Shown here: positions 11,846-20,993 of the stretch, piece by piece
How the letters are laid out: every line of letters starts with the position of its first letter
How positions within the stretch are numbered: position 1 is the first letter of the stretch
Source: an uncultured Chloroflexia bacterium
GTDB taxonomy: Bacteria; Chloroflexota; Limnocylindria; Limnocylindrales; CSP1-4
Direction of reading: 5' to 3'
DNA: 64,000 bases
NCBI GenBank assembly: GCA_963806265.1
Contig: CAWDXT010000006.1
Location: 64,385 to 128,384, forward strand
Notes under the pieces: model-generated
Database searches by the model: none
Seen by the model: only the letters and a program-made list of their open reading frames with translations
What the model was told of the DNA's origin: nothing
Made by a program: the position numbers and the translations under genes

Positions 11846-12346
11846 TCAGCCGTGCGGGGCTTCGGCATCGCGCGGGACCGCCGCACCGAGTCGGGCCAGC
11901 TCGTCCGCCAGCACCAGCGGTTGGCGGTGCTGGCGATCGGTCGGCGCCTCCGCGTTGAGCCGGGCGATCGCCGCGTTGATCTCGGACACCAGCCCCTCGA
12001 GCTCGCCCCGGTCGCGGCGCTCCGCGTAGGCGGACGGGACCGTGCGGGCGCTCGCACGGGCAAGGATCGCGTCCCGGCGGGCGAACAGGCTCCGAACCTC
12101 CTTCTCGGCCTCGATCCAGGGCGGAGCGATGTTGGCGTTCCGCAGCACATGGAAGGCCATCGCACGGTCGCCGGCGAACGCATTGTCGTCGAGCGGGATC
12201 CGCTGTCCCTGGTACGGCAGATCGTCGAACCGCCCCTCGTCCATCGCCTCCCGCAGCTGCCGCTCGACGAGGCTCTCCCAGGTCGGCGCCACCTGGCGCC
12301 GCCCATGCTCGTCGATGCGGCTGGCGGGCTTGCGAGGCACGTTCAT
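11846..12346 (-). CDS. DUF1992 (DnaJ-C28-like conserved domain) protein
   Basis: ESLVERQLREAMDEGRFDDLPYQGQRIPLDDN matches the family signature. Internal ATG 12346 chosen. Confidence 0.75.
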   Translation of the reverse strand: MNVPRKPASRIDEHGRRQVAPTWESLVERQLREAMDEGRFDDLPYQGQRIPLDDNAFAGDRAMAFHVLRNANIAPPWIEAEKEVRSLFARRDAILARASARTVPSAYAERRDRGELEGLVSEINAAIARLNAEAPTDRQHRQPLVLADELARLGAAVPRDAEAPHG

Positions 12347-12484
12347 GCCCGCAACGATACGAGACCCCGGCCCGACATGTGACCGTCGGCTTCCGGGCAC
12401 CGGTACCAACTGCGGCGGACGACGGGTCGCCCGAACAGGACCCGCACGCTATGGTCGGACCTGGAACACTGCCGGAGGGGCGGA

Positions 12485-13786
12485 TTGGGGCTCACGATCA
12501 GGATCACCGGGCATGCCGCGAAGCGCGGCCTGATCCCGCGCCTCCCGGAGCCGGCGCCGCTGCTGCGAGACGCTTCGGACTGGATCGCCGGCGAATACCC
12601 GGCGATCGCCCGCTCGACCCGGGTCGACGTGACCGACCAGGGCGCCGAGCTGCTCGTCGATCTCCATCCGGCCGCCGAACCGGTCTCGATCACGGCCGAT
12701 GCGGAGGGCCGGATCGTCGCCTCGGCCGACACGTCCTCGGTCGGGCCCGGGTACCACACGTTCGTGGGTCGGCTGCTCGAGCGCCTCGAGGAGGAGCGCG
12801 GCATGGTGTGGACGCGGGAGCCGGCGCCGAGACCGATCGGGGCCCCGCCCGCATGGGTGGGAGCGAAGACGCCGCTCGCCGAACGGTCGAACGTCGAGCG
12901 GGCACACCTGACGCTCCTGGCGCGAACGGTCGCGCGGGCACTCGAGCTGCGGCGTCGTGGCGCAGCGGGCTTCCAGGTGGGCACGCGACCGGGGACGCAG
13001 TTCGAGTTCGAGGGCGCGATCGCGACGCCCCTGGGCCCCCGGGACGATCCGTGGCTCGAGCAGGCGGTGGCGAACCCGCGCGTGGCGATGGACATCCGTC
13101 CCTGGTGGATGGACGCGACCGACGCCCGCTATCAGCTGGCCCGGGCGATGGTGCTCCTGTGGACCGAGATCCGGTGGCGTCCGGCCGCCGGCGACGCCGA
13201 ACGGGCCCTGATGGACGAGACGCTGGGCCTCCTCCGGCGCGCCCTGCCGGCCGATCCGACCCTCCCCTATCCGTGGCGTGAGTGGCTGGAGCTGATCGAG
13301 CTGCGGGGCGTCGACGATCCGATCGCGGAGCGCGTCCGGATGCGCGCCGACCAGGTGTCCGACGAGCGGCCCCTGGTCGGCTATCGCCGGCGGCCGGTCG
13401 CGGTCGTCCACGAGGGTTGGCAGCTCCAGGTGCCGGGCTCGTTCAGCGAGCGCCGCACGGCCGAGGAGTGGTCCGGTGGCGAGCGCGGCCGGAGAGTCAC
13501 GCTCGCCGGCGTGGCCACGGCCACGGAGACCGGGATGCCGATGTCCGGGGAATGGTTCCTGGCCAGGGTCGCGAGCGACCTGGGCACCGAGGTGATGCAC
13601 CATCACGACGGCGAGCTCGTGGGCAAGGCGCGGATGACCACCGATCCGGGGTCCGGGATCGAGGTCGCGGTGCTCGAGGGGTTCTCCGCGGTGACGGGGC
13701 GTGGAGCCGCGATCCGGATCGAGTTCGAGGACGCCGAGGACTGGCGCTGGGCGGTCGATCTGTGGCGCTCGCTCCGACCGGCCTGA
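12485..13786 (+). CDS. hypothetical 433-aa protein, no recognisable domain
   Basis: Intact ORF with coding-like third-position GC. TTG start has GGAGGGG 4 nt upstream. Co-directional with the nuclease-helicase gene, 98 bp upstream of it. Confidence 0.65.
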   Translation: MGLTIRITGHAAKRGLIPRLPEPAPLLRDASDWIAGEYPAIARSTRVDVTDQGAELLVDLHPAAEPVSITADAEGRIVASADTSSVGPGYHTFVGRLLERLEEERGMVWTREPAPRPIGAPPAWVGAKTPLAERSNVERAHLTLLARTVARALELRRRGAAGFQVGTRPGTQFEFEGAIATPLGPRDDPWLEQAVANPRVAMDIRPWWMDATDARYQLARAMVLLWTEIRWRPAAGDAERALMDETLGLLRRALPADPTLPYPWREWLELIELRGVDDPIAERVRMRADQVSDERPLVGYRRRPVAVVHEGWQLQVPGSFSERRTAEEWSGGERGRRVTLAGVATATETGMPMSGEWFLARVASDLGTEVMHHHDGELVGKARMTTDPGSGIEVAVLEGFSAVTGRGAAIRIEFEDAEDWRWAVDLWRSLRPA

Positions 13787-13884
13787 TCGACGAGACCCCG
13801 TCGACGAGGTCGTGGACGAGCCGGTCGGCGTGGATCGAGACACGGCCGTGACAGGCAAGGTGGCACGGATCACCCGTACGATGC

Positions 13885-16800
13885 GTGCCAGTGCAACTCC
13901 ACGAGGACGGCTCCCTCGTCGTCTCTGCAACCGATCTGGTCGGGTTTCTCGAGTGCGATCACCTGGTCACGCTCGAGCAGGCCCGCGCGCGCGGCGAGAT
14001 CGAGAAGCCCGTTCGGGATGATCCCGAGCTGGACCTCGTCCGGCGGCGCGGCTACGACCACGAGCAGCGCTACATCGAGGTCCTGACCGCCGCTGGCCGC
14101 AGCGTCAGGGAGATGCCCGACCGGCAGCCGGACGGCCCCGCCGGCCTGCGGGCGGCGGAGGCCGAGACGCTGGCCGCGATGCGCGCCGGCACCGACGTCA
14201 TCTTCCAGGCAACCCTGTTCGACGGCCGCTGGCGCGGCCATCCCGACTTCCTGCTCCGACGCGACGACCGGCCATCGGCGCTGGGTGCCTGGAGCTACGA
14301 CATCGCCGACACGAAGCTCGCAAAGCGCGTCAAGGCAGCCGCGATCCTCCAGATGTGCGTCTATGCCGACCTCCTCGAGCGGCTCCAGGGCATCGCGCCC
14401 GAGACGATCTCGGTCGTGACCGGCGATCGCCAGCCGCACCCGCACCGGCTCGACGACTACGCCGCCTACTACCGGTCCGCGAAGCGCCGGTTCGAGGCCC
14501 GGGTGTTCGGTGACGCGCCGGCCCCCGAGACCTACCCCGAGCCCGTCGATCACTGCCGGGTGTGCTCCTGGTGGTCCGCGTGCATGGACCGGCGCCGGGC
14601 CGACGACCACCTCTCGCTCGTGGCCGGCGCCGCGCGATCCCAGCGTCAGCGGCTCACCGACGCCGGGATCACCACGCTGCAGGCGCTCGCGACCATGCCC
14701 GAGGACCGGGCGGTCGATCGGCTGCAGCCCCGGATCCTCACCCGACTGCGCCACCAGGCCTCGCTCCAGCTCGGCAGGCGCGAGACGGGGCTGGATCGCT
14801 ACGAGCTGATCCCGCCCAACCCCGAGGATCCGGGCAAGGGCCTCGCCGGGCTGCCGCCGCCATCGCCGCTCGACGTGTTCTTCGACATCGAGGCCGACCC
14901 GTGGGCGCTCGACGACGGCCTCGAGTACCTGTTCGGCTGGGTCGAGCGCGCGGACGGTAGCGCCGACGGCGAGCCCCGGTTCCATGCGCTCTGGGCCCAT
15001 GACCGCGCCGGCGAGAAGGCGATGCTCGAGCAGTACGTGGACCTCGTGCTGGAGCGCCGGCGGCAGGACCCCGGGATGCACGTCTACCACTACGGCGCCT
15101 ACGAGTCCGGGCGCGCTCAAGCGGCTGATGCAGCGCCACGCGACGCGGGAGGACGAGATCGACGTCCTGCTCCGCGGCCGCGTCCTCGTCAACCTCTACG
15201 ACCACGTCGTGCGCCAGGGCATCCGCGCCAGCGTGGAGCGCTACTCGATCAAGGATCTCGAGCGCTTCTACATGCCCCGTCGCGAGGGCGGCATCACGCG
15301 CGCCGGCTTCTCGGTGGTCGAGTACGAGCGCTGGATGGAGGAGGGCGATCCGGCCATCCTCGACGCGATCGCCGCGTACAACCGCGACGACTGCGTGTCC
15401 AATCTCCTGCTCCGCGACTGGCTCGAGGCACGGCGGGTCGAGGCGCTGGCCGAGCACCCGGACTGGTACCCCGACGGCGAGATCCCCAGACCGGTGCCGG
15501 AGGACGGCGAGCCGGGCGAGAAGCTGCGCGAGGAGCAGGCCGGGACCAGGGCGCGCGAGGATGCCCTCCGCATGGGCGTCCCCGTCGACCGTACCCAGCG
15601 GACCCCCGAGCAGCAGGCGCGATGGCTGCTGGCCGCGCTGCTCGACTGGCATCGTCGCGAGGCCAAGCCGCAGTGGTGGCAGTGGTACGCGCTCCGCGAT
15701 GGCTCGGTCGAGGACCTGGTGGCGAGCGCCGAGGCCCTGGGCGAGCTCGAGTTCACCGGTCACACCGAGCCCGATGGAAGGTCTGTCATCCGCCGCTACC
15801 GGTTCGACCCCGCCCAGGAGACCAAGCTGCACGAGGGCGACACGCCGATCGACCCGGCCACGGGACGGGGAGCCGGCACGATCCGCGCGCTCGACGCGCT
15901 CGAGGGCACCGTCGATCTGCGCATGGGCGTGACGGTCCCCCACCCGACGGCGCTGATCCCGGGCAGGCCGTACGGTCCGGATCCGATGCGCGGCGCGCTG
16001 GGACGGCTCGCGGACCATGTGCTCGAGCACGGCATCGAGGGACCCGGGCGCTTCCGGGCCGCCCGCGACCTGATCCTGCGCGCGATGCCCCGGATCAACG
16101 GTCACGCCGCGGGCTCGCCGCTCGCGCTGCAGGGCGAGCGGCCGACCACGGCCGGGCGACGGCTGGCGCTGGACCTCGACGAGACGGTGCTGCCGATCCA
16201 GGGTCCACCCGGCACCGGCAAGACCTGGACGGCGGCCCGGATGATCCTCGACCTCGTCGCGACCGGGCACCGGGTCGGGGTGACCGCCCAGTCCCACCGG
16301 GTCATCGCCAACCTGCTCGAGGCGATCGCGGATGCGAATCGTGCCGAGGGCGGGGCGCTCGTCCGGATCGCACGCCGCGGCGACGACGGCGTCACCGAGG
16401 ACGACCGGATCGAGACGATCGAGGACAACGCGACCGTGCGGCAAGCGCTGGCCGACGGCGAGGTCGACGTCGTCGGCGGCACGTCCTGGCTGTGGGCGCG
16501 CGAAGAGATGGAAGGCGCCGTCGACGTGCTGTTCATCGACGAGGCCGGGCAGCTCTCGCTGGCCACCGCGTGCGCGGTCGCCGGTGCCGGCTCGTCGCTC
16601 GTCCTGCTCGGTGATCCGAACCAGCTGCCCCAGGTGAGCGCCGGCGCCCACCCGGAGGGCGCCGCGGCATCCGCGCTCGGTCACCTGGTGGGCGAGAACC
16701 GCACGATCGCGCCCGGGCGTGGCCTGCTGCTCGACACCACGTATCGCCTCCACCCCGACGTCAACGCGTTCATCTCGGACGCCTTCTACGAAGGCCGGCT

Positions 16801-17365
16801 GCGAACCGATCCGGCCAACGCGCGGCAGCAGCTCGACCCCGGCGCCCCGGTGGGCGGGACGGGCATCCGCTACGTCCCCGTGGTGCACGCGGGCGCGGGC
16901 AACCGGTCCCGGGCGGAGGCAACGTGGATCGCGGAGGCGATCCGCTCCCTCGTGGATCGAGGCTGGCGCGACCGCGCCGGCCTCGAGCGCCCCCTGGAGC
17001 CCGCGGACGTCCTGATCGTGGCCCCCTACAACGCGCAGGTCGCCGAGATAGCGCAGGTCGTGGAGCGCGAGCTCGGCGTCCGCGCCAACGTCGGCACGGT
17101 CGACCGGTTCCAGGGCCGCCAGGCGCCGGTGGCCGTCTACTCGATGACCACCTCGTCGCCCGACGACGCGCCCCGCGACCTCGAGTTCCTCTATTCGGGC
17201 AACCGGCTCAACGTCGCCATGTCCCGGGCCCAGGGCCTGGCCGTGCTGGTGGCCAGCCCGGCCCTGCTCGGGGTCGCATGCCACACGCCGGAGCAGATGC
17301 GGCTCGTCAACGCCCTGTGCCGTCTCGTGGAGGTCGCCGACGAGCAGGCCGGGCGCGAACCCTGA
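13885..17365 (+). CDS. TM0106-type RecB/Cas4-like nuclease fused to an RNase-H-like exonuclease domain and an SF1 (Upf1/Dna2-like) helicase; one frame switch
   Basis: ORFs 13885..16614 and 14984..17365 join near 15105-15115 (HVYHYGAYE / ALKRLMQRHATREDE). Nuclease: FLECDHL, YDIADTKL, Cys cluster HCRVCSWWSAC. Exonuclease-like: VFFDIEADP, AYNRDDC. Helicase: GPPGTGKT, LFIDEAGQ, LLGDPNQLPQV, GTVDRFQGRQAPV, RLNVAMSRA. Confidence 0.9.
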
Positions 17366-17374
17366 CGCTTCCGC

Positions 17375-17403
17375 GCCCGGCACCGTCCGGCGCGGTGCCG
17401 GGC
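17375..17403. terminator. bidirectional terminator-like hairpin between convergent genes
   Basis: GCCCGGCACCG / CGGTGCCGGGC form a perfect 11-bp stem with a 7-nt loop. It lies between TGA 17363-17365 (+ gene) and the minus-strand stop at 17405-17407. No U-tract. Confidence 0.55.
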
Positions 17404-17404
17404 G

Positions 17405-18646
17405 TCAGGCGTTGAGCTCTCGGGCCACCCACGCCGCGAGCACTCGCGCGCAGGCTTCGACGTCGGCCAGCGGGACGCGCTCGTCGGCGGCGTGGGCGAG
17501 CCGCACGTCGCCCGGACCGAAGATCACGCATGGTGTCTCCCCCACCCCGACGAACAGGCGCATGTCGGCACCGTAGGGCACACCCAGCAGCCCCGGCGTC
17601 CGGCCGGTGACCGCCTCGGCGACCTGGGCGAGGGTCACCGGGAGTGGATGGTCGGCCGGCACACGCGCAGAGGCGAACCTCGCCCCGGTGATCTCGACCG
17701 CGGCCGGGTGGTCGCTCAGGAACGGGTCCCCGGCGCACGCGTCCGCGATGCACGCGCGCAGCTCGGCCTCGGCGTCGTCCGGCGTCTGGTCCAGCCGGAC
17801 GCCGTACCGGCCCTCCGCGACCACGAGATCCATCACGGTCGATGCCCACTCGCCACCGGCCACGGTGCCGATGATCGTCGGGTACGGCAGCCCGAGCGCG
17901 GTCATCAGGGGCTCGGTCTCCTCGGCGTTCCGCCGGGCCTCGTCGTCCTCGAGCGCGCGCGTGAGCGTCGCGAGGTTGCCGAGCGCGGAGACGCCCTCCA
18001 GCCGCCGGCTCGCGTGCGCTGCCCGTCCCGGGACGGTGAGCCGGAAGGTGATCGCGCCGGCGTGCGCGATCACGATGTCGAGCCCGGACGGCTCGGTGAT
18101 GATCGCCATGTCGCCGGTCGCCCCGGCCCGGATCGCGGCCAGCGTCCCCTGTCCACCGTCCTCCTCGGACGGCACCAGGGCCACCACGAGCTCCCCGGTC
18201 AACCGGGCGAGCATCCCCGCATCACGCAGCGCGCGGACGGCGCCCAGGATCGCCGCCACGCCGCCCTTCATGTCGCACGCGCCACGGCCGTACAGCTCGC
18301 CGTCGCGAACCTCGGCGCCCCACGGCTCGACGGACCAGGCCGCCGGGTCACCCACCGGCACCACGTCCGTGTGGCCCGACAGCACCAGCCGTCGCCCGCC
18401 GGGTCGGCCGGCCCGTCCCAGCACCACCGGGAGGGTGTCACGACGCATCTCCTGCCCGGGCCATGCCGGGTCGTCGCGGATCGCCGCGGGATCGGGATGG
18501 AACACCTCGACCGCCATGCCCACGGCCTCGAGCCGATCGGCGAGCAGCGCCGCGATCGCATCCTCCGACCCGGTGACCGAGGGGATCCGAACCAGGCCCG
18601 CGAGCTCGCGCCCCAGGGCGGCGGCATCGAGCTCGAGCGGCGTCAT
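17405..18646 (-). CDS. M20 family metallopeptidase (ArgE/DapE/acetylornithine deacetylase-like)
   Basis: Intact 413-aa ORF: LSGHTDVVP, GRGACDMKGG, SEEDGG. Confidence 0.88.
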   Translation of the reverse strand: MTPLELDAAALGRELAGLVRIPSVTGSEDAIAALLADRLEAVGMAVEVFHPDPAAIRDDPAWPGQEMRRDTLPVVLGRAGRPGGRRLVLSGHTDVVPVGDPAAWSVEPWGAEVRDGELYGRGACDMKGGVAAILGAVRALRDAGMLARLTGELVVALVPSEEDGGQGTLAAIRAGATGDMAIITEPSGLDIVIAHAGAITFRLTVPGRAAHASRRLEGVSALGNLATLTRALEDDEARRNAEETEPLMTALGLPYPTIIGTVAGGEWASTVMDLVVAEGRYGVRLDQTPDDAEAELRACIADACAGDPFLSDHPAAVEITGARFASARVPADHPLPVTLAQVAEAVTGRTPGLLGVPYGADMRLFVGVGETPCVIFGPGDVRLAHAADERVPLADVEACARVLAAWVARELNA

Positions 18647-19521
18647 GCGCGCAGGATGGGCCGCGTGAGGCAGGTCACGCCACCCGAGCCATTGCCGCCC
18701 ACCTCGTCGAGGGTCACGGCGTGGACCTCGCAGCCGGCCGCCTCGAGCCCCCGACGCGTGACGGGGTTGCCCTCGGCCACCACCGCAACCCCGGGGCGCA
18801 CCGCAAGCACGTTGCAGCCCAGCGTCGGGTACTCCTCCTCGGGCACCGGCACCAGGCGGTAGCCGAGCTCGACCAGCAGCGCATGGAGCCCGACGGGCAG
18901 CAGCGGCAGGAACACGACCGCGACGTCATCGGCCACGGGTGAGATCACGGACAGGAGGTGGACCAGCTCCGCCGGTCCCTTCCAGTACGGCAGATCGAAC
19001 ACCCGCACGTCGCCACCCACGATCGCTCCCAGCTGCCGCGCCCCGGCATCGTTGGTCCGCAGCGAGCGACCGATGCACAGCAGATCGGGTCGCAGCCAGA
19101 AGGTGTCGCCACCCTCGATCGTCCCGGGCGCCTCGATCCGGCCCATCACCGGGATCCCGTGCGCGGCGATCCATGTCTCGAGCACCGGCGGCTCGGCGGC
19201 CCGGTTGGCCTTGCCGGGCCGGAGCGGGATCGCACCGCCATCGGCAACCAGGAGCGGATCGAAGACATATACGAGGTCCGGGTCGTCGGTCTCCGCCTCC
19301 AGCAGGTGGACCCGGACACCGAGCCGGTCCAGCATCTCCACGAGGGCCCGGTGCTCCCGCTGCGCGCGAGCGAGGTCGCAGGGGCGCAGGAACCCGTGGG
19401 CCGGATCGTCGAAGGCGCGCCCGAATGCCGCGCCAGGCGCCTTCATGAGGACCTCGCGCAGCGGCGCGACCATGCTCTGGGCACCCCAGCCACGGGCGCC
19501 GGCCGCCGGGCCGGCGGCCAT
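18643..19521 (-). CDS. amidinotransferase-fold enzyme (dimethylarginine dimethylaminohydrolase / arginine deiminase-related)
   Basis: TIEGGDTFWL, and a C-terminal catalytic-Cys context GSGGVTCLTRPILRA. Its stop overlaps the M20 start (ATGA). Start 19521 or 19473. Confidence 0.8.
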   Translation of the reverse strand: MAAGPAAGARGWGAQSMVAPLREVLMKAPGAAFGRAFDDPAHGFLRPCDLARAQREHRALVEMLDRLGVRVHLLEAETDDPDLVYVFDPLLVADGGAIPLRPGKANRAAEPPVLETWIAAHGIPVMGRIEAPGTIEGGDTFWLRPDLLCIGRSLRTNDAGARQLGAIVGGDVRVFDLPYWKGPAELVHLLSVISPVADDVAVVFLPLLPVGLHALLVELGYRLVPVPEEEYPTLGCNVLAVRPGVAVVAEGNPVTRRGLEAAGCEVHAVTLDEVGGNGSGGVTCLTRPILRA

Positions 19522-19670
19522 CGTCACGGGTGGACCACGGGATGAGTCATCGACCGCAGGATAGCCGTCGAGGTCGACAGGCGGGTCGACCAGGGGCACC
19601 ATACCCGCCAACCCGGATGGCCGCCGCTCTGTCGGCGCCCGGAGCCAGCCGTGCCACGCAGGTGTTGCCG

Positions 19671-20960
19671 ATGCGCCCCCTCGCTTCTCTCGCCGGCCAC
19701 GCGACGACCAGGCCCTGGTCGCGCGCCCATTCCACGGGGCCTCGACGGGGACCCATCGTCGCGAGCCTGGTCGGCGTCGCAATGTTGCTGGGCGCCCTGC
19801 CCGGCCCGGTCGCAGCCGCACCCATGCCGTCACCCATCCCGGCCGTCAGCCCGGCGCCCGCTGCGCCGTCCGCATCGTCGATCAAGCTGACCAAGGTCGC
19901 CGGCGGCCTGTCCAAGCCCGTGTTCATCACCAGCGCCCGGGACGGGACGGGACGGCTGTTCATCGTCGAGAAGACGGGCACCATCCGGATCCTGAGCGGC
20001 GGCAAGGTGCTGTCGACGCCCCTGCTCGACATCAGCGGCTCCGTATCGCAGGGCTCGGAGCAGGGGCTGCTGGGCCTCGCGTTTCATCCCCGGTTCAAGA
20101 CCAACCGCAAGCTGTACGTCGACTTCACCAACCGGAGCGGCAACACGGTCGTGCGCGAGTACCGCGTGTCGGCCAGCGACCCCAACCGGGTCGTGCCAGG
20201 CTCGGGCCGCACGATCATCCGGATCAAGCAGCCGTACAGCAACCACAACGGCGGCATGATCGCGTTCGGGCCTGACGGCTACCTGTACATCGGCATGGGT
20301 GACGGTGGATCTGCGGGCGACCCGGGCAATCGGGCGCAGCGCAAGGACACGCTGCTGGGCAAGCTGCTCCGGATCAACGTCAACGCCACCACCGCCACGC
20401 ACAACTACAAGAATCCCCGCTCCAACCCGTACGTGGGGCGCAAGGGTCGCAACGAGATCTGGCAGCGTGGCCTGCGCAACCCGTGGCGGTTCTCGTTCGA
20501 TCGCGCCACGGGCAACCTGTGGATCGGCGACGTGGGCCAGCGCCGGTACGAGGAGATCGACCGCGCCAGGCGGACCAGCACCGGCGCCGGCCGGGGCGTC
20601 AACTGGGGCTGGCACGTGATGGAGGGCTTCCACTGCTACCAGCCCGCGACGGGCTGCAACAGGACGGGCAGGAAGCGACCTCTCCTCAACTACACCCACG
20701 CGCTCAACGGCCGCTGCGCGGTCACCGGCGGCTACGTGTATCGGGGCTCCGCGATCCCCGCCCTCCGGGGCTGGTACGTGTTCGGCGACTACTGCAGCGG
20801 CGAGATCTTCACGGTCCCGGCATCAGCGTCGTCGAAGCCGCCCAAGGTGCGGCTGGCCGGCCCGGGTGGTGGCCTGATCAGCTCGTTCGGCGAGAGCGCG
20901 GGCGGGGCGCTGTTCGTCGTCTACCTCGGCGGATCGATCTACCGCATCGACCCCGCCTAG
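19671..20960 (+). CDS. PQQ-dependent sugar dehydrogenase (soluble GDH/sorbosone DH family), secreted
   Basis: Signal-like IVASLVGVAMLLGALPG. Motifs GTGRLFIVEKTGTIRI, SEQGLLGLAFHP, SNHNGGMIAFGPDGYLYIGMGDGG, LRNPWRFSFD, GDVGQ. Intact. Confidence 0.88.
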   Translation: MRPLASLAGHATTRPWSRAHSTGPRRGPIVASLVGVAMLLGALPGPVAAAPMPSPIPAVSPAPAAPSASSIKLTKVAGGLSKPVFITSARDGTGRLFIVEKTGTIRILSGGKVLSTPLLDISGSVSQGSEQGLLGLAFHPRFKTNRKLYVDFTNRSGNTVVREYRVSASDPNRVVPGSGRTIIRIKQPYSNHNGGMIAFGPDGYLYIGMGDGGSAGDPGNRAQRKDTLLGKLLRINVNATTATHNYKNPRSNPYVGRKGRNEIWQRGLRNPWRFSFDRATGNLWIGDVGQRRYEEIDRARRTSTGAGRGVNWGWHVMEGFHCYQPATGCNRTGRKRPLLNYTHALNGRCAVTGGYVYRGSAIPALRGWYVFGDYCSGEIFTVPASASSKPPKVRLAGPGGGLISSFGESAGGALFVVYLGGSIYRIDPA

Positions 20961-20993
20961 CGAGGTCGGCGCGTCCGCGCCCGTTGACCGGCG

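Noticed and set aside
14738-17383. 881-aa minus-strand ORF antisense to the nuclease-helicase gene
   Set aside because: It is a low-complexity Arg/Gly/Pro/Ala-rich translation. It fully overlaps a + strand protein carrying a complete set of helicase motifs. This is a typical spurious antisense ORF in high-GC DNA.
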